64,000 bases of DNA from Alcaligenaceae bacterium (GCA_044508625.1 JBIQHJ010000003.1:2104-66103); one strand, 5' to 3'. Positions 50,416 through 59,761 are shown, counted from the first letter of the stretch. The notes: generated by a model from the sequence alone, not told the origin. Numbers and translations: made by a program.

Positions 50416-51220
50416 TCCAGATGGCGAGCCCTCTCAGGCAGATAAGCACATCGAGCGTGATCGCTATGATCGGCGCGCCAGCGCACAACTTGCTGGTCGG
50501 TTGGCGAATGACCCGCAGGGCTATGCTGATATTCCCGCAGCGCTGCGTGCTCCCTACTTGCATTATGCGGAGACTATCCTGGCACAGGCGCATGTGCGAG
50601 CCCGGGTATTAGAGATCGGTGCTGGGACGGGCGCGCATACCGGTTACCTACTCGAGCGGGGTGCCTGGGTTACCGCCACAGACATCTCTGCCGAATCGCT
50701 GCGCGTATTGCGTCAGCGGCATGAAAGCCCGGAAGCGACGCTGGATGTTTGCACAGCCGATATGGAGGCCATCCCGTTCTCCACAGCGAGTTTTGACATG
50801 GTCACTGCAGCTGGTTGCCTGAGTTATGGTGATACCCTCCGCGTGCTATCAGAGATCGAGCGCGTCCTGAGACCGGGTGGGGTGTTTGTGTGTGTGGACT
50901 CTCTGAACGATAATCCAGTTTACCGGTTTAATCGTTGGCTCCATTATCTGCGAGGAGGGCGTTCGAAATCGACTTTACGCCGGATGCCATCAACTCGGAC
51001 GCTGGATCTTTATTCTTCCCGTTTTGAGTCGGTTCAGGTGCGCTATTTTGGAGCGCTTACCTTTGCGTTGCCGCTATTGCGGCGCATCCTGCGTGAAGAC
51101 AAATGCGCTCGGCTACTTGATCGGTTCGATCACTTCGTGGGGGTGCGGCGATCCGCATTCAAGTTTGTAATGGTCGCTCGGAAATTCGGGCAGTCATATT
51201 CTGACGAGTTGAGGGATTGA
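50393..51220 (+). CDS. Class I SAM-dependent methyltransferase
   Basis: VLEIGAGTG, ATDIS, ADMEAIPF..FDMV and RVLRPGG. Confidence 0.88.
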   Translation: MAAMGNTNPDGEPSQADKHIERDRYDRRASAQLAGRLANDPQGYADIPAALRAPYLHYAETILAQAHVRARVLEIGAGTGAHTGYLLERGAWVTATDISAESLRVLRQRHESPEATLDVCTADMEAIPFSTASFDMVTAAGCLSYGDTLRVLSEIERVLRPGGVFVCVDSLNDNPVYRFNRWLHYLRGGRSKSTLRRMPSTRTLDLYSSRFESVQVRYFGALTFALPLLRRILREDKCARLLDRFDHFVGVRRSAFKFVMVARKFGQSYSDELRD

Positions 51221-51221
51221 G

Positions 51222-52280
51222 ATGATGGAACAAGAAGGGTTGCCTATCGGACTGGGTTCACTGGCCGAGCCCGAAGCGCATCATGGGCCTATAGCCTTGC
51301 GAGGCTACTTGGCTGAAGCACTTGAGGGATTCATGCATGGCATGTTGCGCATCCGCGTAGCTGAACAGACGCTTGCGGAAAAGCGTCGGGACGGTCTGAT
51401 TGGCGGGCCGGTGCATCTCGGGGTGGGACAGGAGGCGATTGCAGTTGGTGTATCGCATTCCCTGCGCAAAACCGACCGTGTGTTTGGTGCGCATCGATCA
51501 CACTCCCATGTGCTGGCCCTGGGTGCGAGCTTGCATGGTTTGTTTGCAGAAGTCTTGGGTAAGGACACTGGTTTATCGCGCGGTATGGGCGGATCAATGC
51601 ATTTATGGGACCAGAGGCATGGATTCTATGGCTCGGTTCCTATTGTCTCCGGGACTGTCTCGCTCGCAGTGGGGGCTGGCCTTGCGGCGCGCATGCAGGG
51701 TAGAGGCGACATTGGCGTGGCTTATCTAGGTGACGGTGCAATCGAGGAAGGCGTGGTACATGAGTCGTTGAATCTTGCCCGCATGCTCAAGGCACCGGTC
51801 CTGTTCGTAGTAGAAAACAATCTTTTTGCTAGCCATATGCATATTTCTTTACGCCAACCAGCAAATGCGACCGCACGTTTTGCTGCTGCGAATGATATTC
51901 CCTTCAAAATCGTGGATGGCAACGATGTCGCCGAGGTTGCAGAGGCCGCTAGCAACTTGGTGGCGCGTGCGCGTAGAGGTGAGGGACCGATGTTTTTAGA
52001 GGCTGTTACATATCGTTGGTATGGCCATGTAGATTGGCGCGATGATATAGATGTCGGAGTTGAGCGATCAGTGGAACATGTGGCGAACTGGAAGGCGCGT
52101 GACCCGGTCAAGCGGCTAGCGGATGCGATGGTCGCGCACGGCCAATGGAGCGAGGCACGTACTAAGGCTTTGCTGGAAACGCTGCGCGCTGAGGCCGCCA
52201 CTGCTTGGGATCAAGCGGTGGCTGATCCCTATCCCGATGCATGTCAACTGCTAGCCCGTGTCTTTGCTGCGAAGGACTGA
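51222..52280 (+). CDS. TPP-dependent dehydrogenase E1 alpha-like subunit
   Basis: HLGVGQEA, HRSH, GMGGSMH, and the TPP motif GDGA...ENN. Confidence 0.9.
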   Translation: MMEQEGLPIGLGSLAEPEAHHGPIALRGYLAEALEGFMHGMLRIRVAEQTLAEKRRDGLIGGPVHLGVGQEAIAVGVSHSLRKTDRVFGAHRSHSHVLALGASLHGLFAEVLGKDTGLSRGMGGSMHLWDQRHGFYGSVPIVSGTVSLAVGAGLAARMQGRGDIGVAYLGDGAIEEGVVHESLNLARMLKAPVLFVVENNLFASHMHISLRQPANATARFAAANDIPFKIVDGNDVAEVAEAASNLVARARRGEGPMFLEAVTYRWYGHVDWRDDIDVGVERSVEHVANWKARDPVKRLADAMVAHGQWSEARTKALLETLRAEAATAWDQAVADPYPDACQLLARVFAAKD

Positions 52281-52283
52281 GGA

Positions 52284-53273
52284 ATGAATCAGAGCAACCC
52301 ACTGAACTATGGCACGGCAATTTTGTCGGCTTTTGAGTATCTCCTGGAAAATCATCCAGAGGTTTTTGTTATCGGCCAAGGCTTGTGGAGCCCCTGGTAT
52401 GTGGGCAACTCGATGACGGATCTTGATAAGAAGTTCGGGGCCGCTCGGATCATCGATACGCCAGTATCAGAATCGGCTTGCACCGGTGCTGCAGTGGGCG
52501 CATCGCTGGCGGGGATGCGGCCAATCGTAGTCCATCCCCGCATGGATTTCATGCTCTATGCGATTGATGCGATCGTGAATCAAGCGGCGAAATGGTCTCA
52601 CATGGTGGGGGGGCAAGCGCATCCGTCGGTTACAATTCGGGCAATCATCAATCGCGGCGGGGAGCAAGGCGCCCAGCACTCGCAGGCATTGCATGCTTGG
52701 TTCGCCCATATACCTGGTCTTCGAGTGGTGATGCCTGCCACTGTGGCTGATGCTCGTGACCTGCTGATCGCAGCGGTGCTATGCGAGGATCCAGTCATGT
52801 ATATCGATGATCGATGGCTCTATGACCAAGTCGATGAGTTGCCACCGATTGCTCCAGTTGATCTGCGCGAGCAAGGTCCTCGCCGACTGATTGAGGGGCA
52901 TGATATTACGCTGGTGGCGTCGAGTTATTCCACGCGCCTAGCTTGCGAGGCGAGCCGTGAACTGGCTGCTGAAGGCCTCTCCGTGGAGGTCATCGATCTA
53001 CGGGTACTGAATCCTTTTGATCCTTCCGTGATCGTCGATTCGGTGATGAAGACTGGTCGGCTATTGGTCGTGGACGGCGGATGGAAGGTCTGCGGTATGG
53101 GAGCAGAGGTAATCACCTCTGTGGTAGAACGCACCGGGCCGTCAGCGTTGCGCCAGGCGCCTGCGAGAATCTCCCTGCCGGCGGCGCCGGCACCGACTTC
53201 GCGCCCCTTGGAAAAGCTCTATTATCCAGATACGATAGCGGTCGCCCAGCGGGTTCGTGAGATGCTGTCCTAG
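52284..53273 (+). CDS. TPP-dependent dehydrogenase E1 beta-like subunit
   Basis: RIIDTPVSE, GMRPIV, GAQHSQ, DPVMYID and VEVIDLR. Confidence 0.9.
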   Translation: MNQSNPLNYGTAILSAFEYLLENHPEVFVIGQGLWSPWYVGNSMTDLDKKFGAARIIDTPVSESACTGAAVGASLAGMRPIVVHPRMDFMLYAIDAIVNQAAKWSHMVGGQAHPSVTIRAIINRGGEQGAQHSQALHAWFAHIPGLRVVMPATVADARDLLIAAVLCEDPVMYIDDRWLYDQVDELPPIAPVDLREQGPRRLIEGHDITLVASSYSTRLACEASRELAAEGLSVEVIDLRVLNPFDPSVIVDSVMKTGRLLVVDGGWKVCGMGAEVITSVVERTGPSALRQAPARISLPAAPAPTSRPLEKLYYPDTIAVAQRVREMLS

Positions 53274-53334
53274 TTCGGTTTTTTGCTTGGCGCTGGATTA
53301 CAATCCTACTTTTATCAAAAACGGCAGATTTGAA

Positions 53335-54450
53335 ATGACACAGACTAGAAAGGTGCCTTTTTTCGACTATCCCCGGGCGTTCCTGGATGACAAGGACGAT
53401 CTGATGCGAATCGTCGGGGATGTTGGCCAACGGGGTGCCTTCATCATGCAGCAGGACCTACGAGACTTCGAAGCCGCACTGGCGGCTTATACAGGCGCGC
53501 AGTTTGCCATCGGTGTTGGCAATGCTACCGACGGCTTGGAGTTCTCTTGGATGGCGCTTGGGTTGCGACCAGGGGATGAGGTGATCTGTAGCTCGCACAC
53601 CATGCTAGCTACGGCTTCGGCGATCAAAACGGCGGGAGGGGAACCTGTGCCTGTGGAGATCGGGCCAGACAACTTGATCGATCCGGATGCCATCGAGGCG
53701 GCGATTACCCCGCGCACAGTGGGCATCATGCCCACACAGCTAAATGGGCGCACCTGCGATATGGATAGAATCATGGGAATTGCGCAGCGCCACGGCTTTT
53801 TCGTTGTTGAGGACGCTGCGCAAGCGCTCGGCTCCCGGTTCAAGGGTCGGCACGCAGGGACGTTTGGAAATGCCGCCGCTATCAGTTTCTTTCCGGCGAA
53901 GGTCTTGGGGTGCCTAGGTGATGGGGGAGGGGTGATCACTAGTAGCCCTGCCGTCTATGACAAGGTCTACCAGTTGCATGACCACGGACGTAATCCTGAC
54001 GGTGAGATCATGAGTTGGGGGCGTAACAGCCGGCTTGATAACTTACAGGCGGCAATCCTGAATCATCGGCTCAAAGGGTATAGCGCCGTCATAGAACGTC
54101 GCCGCGCTGTTGCCGCGCAATATCAGGCGCAGTTGGGCGATCTGGATGAGTTGCAACTTCCCCCTGCTCCTGATGCCGATTCGGATCATTTCGATGTCTA
54201 TCAGAACTACGAGTTGCAGGCTGATCGTCGGGACGACCTAAGGGCCTATTTGGCAGAACAAGGCATCGGAACTCTGATTCAATGGGGTGGTAAGGCTGTA
54301 CACCAATGGGAGCGGCTGGGCTTTGTGTGTAAGCTGCCCAAGGTCGAACGCTTCTTCGAGCGTTGCATCATGCTGCCAATGAATATGTTTATAACGGATG
54401 ACAACGTGTCCTATGTTTGCGGTGCGATTCGCCACTTTTATCGCAAGTAG
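53335..54450 (+). CDS. DegT/DnrJ/EryC1/StrS PLP-dependent sugar aminotransferase
   Basis: GNATDGL, VVEDAAQA, SFFPAKVLGCLGDGG (PLP Lys) and NSRLDNLQAA. Confidence 0.9.
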   Translation: MTQTRKVPFFDYPRAFLDDKDDLMRIVGDVGQRGAFIMQQDLRDFEAALAAYTGAQFAIGVGNATDGLEFSWMALGLRPGDEVICSSHTMLATASAIKTAGGEPVPVEIGPDNLIDPDAIEAAITPRTVGIMPTQLNGRTCDMDRIMGIAQRHGFFVVEDAAQALGSRFKGRHAGTFGNAAAISFFPAKVLGCLGDGGGVITSSPAVYDKVYQLHDHGRNPDGEIMSWGRNSRLDNLQAAILNHRLKGYSAVIERRRAVAAQYQAQLGDLDELQLPPAPDADSDHFDVYQNYELQADRRDDLRAYLAEQGIGTLIQWGGKAVHQWERLGFVCKLPKVERFFERCIMLPMNMFITDDNVSYVCGAIRHFYRK

Positions 54451-54459
54451 AGATTCCCC

Positions 54460-55206
54460 ATGAAGCGTATCTTTGATGTTTTAGCTTCTGGGTTGGGCTT
54501 GCTCTTAGCAAGCCCGGTGCTATTGCCGGTGATGTTTCTGGTCTGGAAACAAGACCGGCATTCGCCATTCTATATCGCTTGGCGTACCGGGCTGAATGAT
54601 GTGCCCTTCAAGATGGTCAAACTGCGGTCCATGGTAATCAATGCCGATAGTTCTGGAGTGGATTCGACGAGCGCGAACGATAGGCGTATTACACCAGTTG
54701 GGCATTTTATTCGCCGGTATAAGCTTGACGAACTGTCTCAGTTATGGAACGTGTTCAAGGGTGACATGAGCATGGTTGGCCCGCGTCCTAATGTAAAACG
54801 GGAGACGGATCTGTATACGCCAATGGAGCGTAAGCTTCTGTCGGTAAAGCCAGGCATTACAGATTTTGCCTCGATTGTATTCTCTGATGAGGGTGACATC
54901 CTAAAGGATCAGGAGGATCCAGATATTGCCTATAACCAGCTCATTCGCCCAGGTAAAAGTCGGCTCGGCCTTTTTTACATAGAAAATCGCTCACTATGGT
55001 TAGATATGCGCCTATGTTGGTACACCGCCGTGGCGATCATCTCGCGTGAGCGAGCCTTGGCAGGTGTCCAGAAGATTCTACGTGCTCTTGGGGCAGATCG
55101 GGACCTACTGCTAACAGCCGCACGTCAAGAGCCTCTGGTTCCTTCACCTCCACCAGGCAGTGATCGGATCGTGACGTCCCGGGATGGAGACCCATTCAAG
55201 GAATGA
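54460..55206 (+). CDS. Initiating phosphoglycosyl transferase (Bac_transf; PglC/WlbG-like)
   Basis: KRIFD, KLRSM, RITPVGHFIRRYKLDEL, GDMSMVGPRP and VKPGIT. Confidence 0.9.
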   Translation: MKRIFDVLASGLGLLLASPVLLPVMFLVWKQDRHSPFYIAWRTGLNDVPFKMVKLRSMVINADSSGVDSTSANDRRITPVGHFIRRYKLDELSQLWNVFKGDMSMVGPRPNVKRETDLYTPMERKLLSVKPGITDFASIVFSDEGDILKDQEDPDIAYNQLIRPGKSRLGLFYIENRSLWLDMRLCWYTAVAIISRERALAGVQKILRALGADRDLLLTAARQEPLVPSPPPGSDRIVTSRDGDPFKE

Positions 55207-55209
55207 GCT

Positions 55210-56496
55210 TTAGAATCCGTCCGTAGCACTCGTAGCTCTCTCCCGCAAGCCTGTCCAGAAGATGATCAGCGAGACAGTGAAAAACATCACACCACTGTTT
55301 CGACCCAGTATTACATGGGTCAGGCCATAGCAGGCAAATGAGGTAACGAGTACCGCACCGGCCAGAGCAAATGAGCGTTGTTCAGGATGATCCTCTCGTA
55401 TATGTCGAAAGAAACGTGTGAAGCTAAAGAGAAACAGCCATAGCAATGCAAGCAAGCCGCTAATTCCTTGTGAAATCCAAATCTCTAGGTAGTTGTTATG
55501 TACATTTGCAAGATCTGCAACCTCGGGAGCAATTTCTTGGCGTGAAACCTGGGTTTCGAGTTGTGCTTGATATTCCTTTTGCGACCATCCGGTTAGCGGT
55601 CTTTCCGCGATATTGATTAGAGCGGCACGCCAAGCTTCTAATCGCTCTCCAACGGATGATTGAAATACATCGTGTTGAGTGATATAAGAATCAAATTGTT
55701 TTATAGCGAGTCTATACCTGTTCTGGGCGGTGCCATTGAATTGGATGGTCAACAGTATGGCAGCTAGGACACAAAGGAATAGTAGCACGTGTGCGCGCAA
55801 TGATAGTTTCCTTCCTAGTGAGAGAATAAAAAGAATGGCGACAGGACCAAGGGCGATCCAGGATCCGCGTGCCCCGGATTTTAGGCTGGCGTAAGATCCA
55901 GCCACAAATCCTATATAAACTATGGCTTGCCAGAGACGGCGGTATTTGGATTGGGCATTAGCCCACGGGAGGCCTGCCAAGCTCATGAGGCCGATTGATA
56001 ATGCAATAGCGCCGAATGGAATTGCGCTCGTCACAAAACCTGTTGCGCGATCGAATAATATTCCCGAGGCTGGATCGATGGCAAAGTGTGTTTGCCAGAA
56101 ACTGAGCCCCGCCGCCAGGACCGCGCCAGTAGTTAGGCCTGCCCAGATAGAGGACGGGGGAATAGGAAATGTACGTAGCAAGAATATGATGGGGATAGCC
56201 AATAGGTATCGACTGGGTTGATCAAGTAGGTTGTTCCCATCACCATGATAGAGTGTCGCTGCAGCAGCGATCAGGAATAGAATAAGGAATAGCGTAGCAA
56301 GACGCTTGTCAACAGGTACGGTATTAGTGAGTAATACGTGTCGCTGTGAGAGCATGAAAGCTGCTAGGCTGGACAATAGGAGTATAGCAGGACCATACGA
56401 ATAGCCAGAAGGGATAGCCAGAGTGAGCGCAAAAAAAAGAAACGCGGCTATCGAAGGGATGTTTTTGTAAAGTAATCGGTTAAGATCAAGACTCAT
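55210..56496 (-). CDS. O-antigen ligase (WaaL/Wzy_C) family protein, low-GC paralog of 38528-39841, antisense to the operon
   Basis: GFVTSAIPFG, SGARGSW, RLEAW..ERPLTGW, HNNYLEIWISQG and VILGRNSGVMFF. Confidence 0.85.
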   Translation of the reverse strand: MSLDLNRLLYKNIPSIAAFLFFALTLAIPSGYSYGPAILLLSSLAAFMLSQRHVLLTNTVPVDKRLATLFLILFLIAAAATLYHGDGNNLLDQPSRYLLAIPIIFLLRTFPIPPSSIWAGLTTGAVLAAGLSFWQTHFAIDPASGILFDRATGFVTSAIPFGAIALSIGLMSLAGLPWANAQSKYRRLWQAIVYIGFVAGSYASLKSGARGSWIALGPVAILFILSLGRKLSLRAHVLLFLCVLAAILLTIQFNGTAQNRYRLAIKQFDSYITQHDVFQSSVGERLEAWRAALINIAERPLTGWSQKEYQAQLETQVSRQEIAPEVADLANVHNNYLEIWISQGISGLLALLWLFLFSFTRFFRHIREDHPEQRSFALAGAVLVTSFACYGLTHVILGRNSGVMFFTVSLIIFWTGLRERATSATDGF

Positions 56497-56571
56497 TTTA
56501 TTCTGCTGCTGGCGGCTTTATATGGGTTTCTGGAACGAGCAATTTTGATTATCAGAAATTAACTTAGAATT

Positions 56572-58404
56572 ATGATGGTAGACGCTAAGGCTCGTGCCCT
56601 GTTGGTTTTCGCCTTCGATCTCTGTGCAGTTGCGCTTGCATGGATAGGGGCTTTCTTGATCCGTTTCAATTTCTATTGGCCCTATGGTTACCTGGATGGG
56701 ATGGTTTTGGGGCTAGTGCTATTGCTGCTAGTACAAGCTGTCACCTGCAAGGTTGCTGGTCTATATAGGGGTATGTGGTCATATGCGAGCCTCCCAGATC
56801 TAAGGTTGGTAGTGCGGGCGGTTTTTGTCTCCTTTTGCGCAGTTCTACTGCTGGCAATATTGGCCAGAGATCATGTTGTAGTACCTAGATCCGTCATTTT
56901 ACTGTATCCGATCCTCCTGCTGCTCATCATGGGGGGCAGCCGAGCGGCGTGGCGGATGTGGCATGAACGTAAGTTCTATCACCATTCTGGTCGCTATGGC
57001 AAGCCGGTCGTGGTCGTAGGAGCAGGGACTGCGGGGGCCATGCTGGTACGTGAACTGGCTCGTAGTGCTGAATGGCGTGTTGTCGCGCTCCTGGATGATG
57101 ATCGACATAAGCTAGGCTTGACGTTATCAGGCTGTCGTGTAGAGGGAACGACGGAGGATATCGCCACTGTTCTCCAGCAGCATGGCGCGAAGCACGTCAT
57201 TTTGGCGATGCCATCCGCCCCTGCGGAGGTTCTGCAGCGCGTAACGCAACTAGCAACTGGTATTGGCGCTTCTTTATTTACGGTTCCTGGCTTGGCCGAA
57301 CTGATGAGCGGCCGTGTTGCCATCAACATGATGCGGCCGGTCCGTATTGAGGATCTGTTGGGGCGTGAATCAGTACGAATCGACAACGAGAACGTGCGAA
57401 CCATGCTGATGGGTAAGCGTGTCTTGGTGACTGGGGCGGGCGGGTCTATCGGTAGTGAACTCTGCCGTCAACTGTCGCGCTTCGCGCCTGCCTGTATCGT
57501 TCTGTTGGAATCCAGTGAGTTTGCTCTGTATATGATCGAGCAGTGGTTCGGCGAGCATCGCCCCGAGGTGTCTATCGTACGTCTGGCGGGCGATGTAAAG
57601 GATGAGGCCCGTATGGCCCAGGTATTCGCAGAGCATTGCCCACAGGTGGTGTTTCACGCAGCAGCCTATAAGCATGTCCCGCTGATGGAAGTGAATAATG
57701 CCTGGCAGGCTGTACGTAACAATATCGCTGGCACGCTGGTAGTGGCGCGAGCCGCGCGCGACGCCGGAGTCGAGCGGTTTGTGCTAATTTCCACTGATAA
57801 GGCCGTTAACCCAACCAATGTGATGGGAGCTACGAAACGCGTGGCTGAAATGGTCTGTGAGGTTATGCAGAACGGTCCGAGCACGACGCGCTTCCATATC
57901 GTGCGTTTCGGTAACGTGCTTGGCAGTACTGGTAGCGTTATCCCTAAGTTCCAATCCCAGATCGCCCATGGCGGCCCTGTTACTGTTACCCATCCTGAGA
58001 TCAATCGCTATTTCATGTCAATTCCGGAGGCGGCTCAACTTGTTCTGCAGGCGGCAGCTATGGGGCAAGGTGGCGAGATTTTCGTCCTGGATATGGGTGA
58101 GCCGGTCAAGATCGTGGACCTAGCCCGCAATATGATTCGCCTGTCGGGCTTCACCGAGGATGAGATCCGTATCGAGTTCACCGGCCTACGGCCCGGGGAA
58201 AAGCTATATGAGGAATTGCTGGCGGACGCAGAGGAGACCCTGCCGACGCCGCACGAAAAGCTTCGCATCGCGCGGCCTCGCAGTGTGCCCGAGGGCCTGT
58301 ACGAGGAGGTGCTCGTCTGGGTGATGTCGGAGGCGCCGCTGGACGACGAGGCGGTCAGGGCGGGGCTGAAACGGTGGGTGCCGGAGTATGAGCCGAGGAG
58401 ATGA
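56572..58404 (+). CDS. wbpM: Membrane-bound UDP-GlcNAc 4,6-dehydratase (WbpM/WlbL/PglF/CapD family)
   Basis: N-terminal TMs, GAGTAG, TGAGGSIGSELCRQ, HAAAYKHVP, STDKAVNP, RFGNVLGS and GLRPGEKL. Confidence 0.92.
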   Translation: MMVDAKARALLVFAFDLCAVALAWIGAFLIRFNFYWPYGYLDGMVLGLVLLLLVQAVTCKVAGLYRGMWSYASLPDLRLVVRAVFVSFCAVLLLAILARDHVVVPRSVILLYPILLLLIMGGSRAAWRMWHERKFYHHSGRYGKPVVVVGAGTAGAMLVRELARSAEWRVVALLDDDRHKLGLTLSGCRVEGTTEDIATVLQQHGAKHVILAMPSAPAEVLQRVTQLATGIGASLFTVPGLAELMSGRVAINMMRPVRIEDLLGRESVRIDNENVRTMLMGKRVLVTGAGGSIGSELCRQLSRFAPACIVLLESSEFALYMIEQWFGEHRPEVSIVRLAGDVKDEARMAQVFAEHCPQVVFHAAAYKHVPLMEVNNAWQAVRNNIAGTLVVARAARDAGVERFVLISTDKAVNPTNVMGATKRVAEMVCEVMQNGPSTTRFHIVRFGNVLGSTGSVIPKFQSQIAHGGPVTVTHPEINRYFMSIPEAAQLVLQAAAMGQGGEIFVLDMGEPVKIVDLARNMIRLSGFTEDEIRIEFTGLRPGEKLYEELLADAEETLPTPHEKLRIARPRSVPEGLYEEVLVWVMSEAPLDDEAVRAGLKRWVPEYEPRR

Positions 58405-58479
58405 GGGTCCTTACCATACAAGCATGAAATCACTCGATACCCTGTGTTTCGTTGTCAGCGATATCGAGATGAGGCTACG

Positions 58480-58506
58480 TGTCAACGTCGGTTGAAAATT
58501 GACACG
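58480..58506 (+). mobile_element. IS21-like terminal inverted-repeat remnant
   Basis: TGTCAACGTCGGTTGAAAATTGACAC resembles IS21-family ends as recalled. No istAB follows. Confidence 0.45.
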
Positions 58507-58508
58507 GG

Positions 58509-58666
58509 GGAGGTGCGGACGAAAACTTGGACTCCTTTGGAGATGATCCATGTATTCGTACGCAGAGCGCATGAGGGCCGTGCATGTGTACATCAAACTC
58601 GACAAGCGGGCAAGGGCTGTCGTTCGGGAGCTGGGGTATCCTTCCTCGAGGCCGGCAGGATCTTGA
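58509..58666 (+). mobile_element. IS3-family left end and truncated transposase OrfA
   Basis: GAGGTGCGGACGAAAAC end, then MYSYAERMRAVHVYIKLDKRARAVVRELGYP* (58550-58666), matching MYSYEDRIRAVELYIKL..IRQLGYP-type IS3 starts. Confidence 0.75.
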
Positions 58667-58903
58667 ATGTGGTACCCGCGAGAATTGCCGCACTGTATCA
58701 AAAGAACCGTGCGCTGCCTGCTTGATTCCGGTGCTCTGGTCGCCGCAAAGAGCGTTTAGGATGAGCATGCCACCTAGATGATTTGCGTCCGTCCGACGAA
58801 TGCGCTTTGAGCCTCTCCGGCATTCAATAGAACATATGTGCCCGCTCATGCCGCTTCCCGGGAGTGCGCAAGATTTTAGTAAAATTTTATTCCGATCCTC
58901 TAC

Positions 58904-58938
58904 ATATAGTGTGTCGAGCCTGACTCGACATACTATAT
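58904..58938. repeat. 15-bp inverted repeat, one mismatch
   Basis: ATATAGTGTGTCGAG-cctga-CTCGACATACTATAT. Confidence 0.85.
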
Positions 58939-59090
58939 ATAGCTCCACAATAAGTCAGCCTGGCTGGCCTGCTGCGGCGCCCCCGCTTACGCAAATAACC
59001 TTACTTACGTAGCTAGTGCTGGCGAGGCACATCTTGCTAGGGTGAAAAGCTCGGTAGCCAGTTCGCGATCGCGATCCGGCCGAATCAAGC

Positions 59091-59761
59091 TCATTGACGC
59101 CAAGCCGGCCTGTTGGTGCGTCCGTCGGGGGCGTCCCGCAGGATGTCGAATGCTCGGTCCGGCAAGTCGTGGCCTTGCAGCAAGCCGATTCCGGTCTGTA
59201 GTCTCGAGCGCCACCCCGGACCGCGGCCCTTCGCATCGTTCACGGCGGCAATCAGTTCGTCTTCTCGATCCCTGCACAGGACCGACAGCAGGGTGGCGGC
59301 CTGGAGGAGGTCTTTCTTGGCCTTGAGGCGCATTTCTCGCCGCCGCTCTCCTGTCACGATGAGCTTGTGGACCGCAAAACGGGCAGGGTTGGGGATGTTG
59401 ACCAGTACAGCCGTCGATCGGTCGAAGAGGACCGTTTGCTCTACGTCCTCCAGGGAATACTCCATGAATCGCAGCGGCTTCAGGGTGATTCCCAACTGAT
59501 CGGAAACAAAGGGTTCCCCGCCATCGTCGGTTTGAGGGGTCAGAAAGTCGATCTGGTAGTCGGGGTCCCGAGGATGTTGCCAGGTGCCGGTAGTGCCTGT
59601 GGCCGACAGCATGGGCACGAATCCGTCTTCGAGCGAGCCGATAGCGTCTTTCATCCGGACTCGCAGATTGGAAGGTAGAGCGATGCTGAGAATATCTGGC
59701 GATTGGTGCTCGCGATGGCGTCTCTGTACTGGTAGTACCAATACTTTCGGCCCTTGACCAT
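59091..59761 (-). pseudogene. GSU2403-like nucleotidyltransferase remnant
   Basis: MVKGRKYWYYQYRD is joined out of frame to ISIALP-like LSIALP..IDFLTP..LKPLRFMEYSLED..VNIPNPARFAVHKLIV..KAKKDLLQAATL. Confidence 0.72.

Noticed and set aside
51222-53273. Housekeeping pyruvate or acetoin dehydrogenase
   Set aside because: No E2/E3 or lipoyl gene is present, the composition is foreign, and the pair is embedded in a glycan operon. Function was therefore left open.
58475-58948. 157-aa minus-strand ORF
   Set aside because: It overlaps the IS remnants on the other strand and the palindrome, and has no recognisable motif or RBS.
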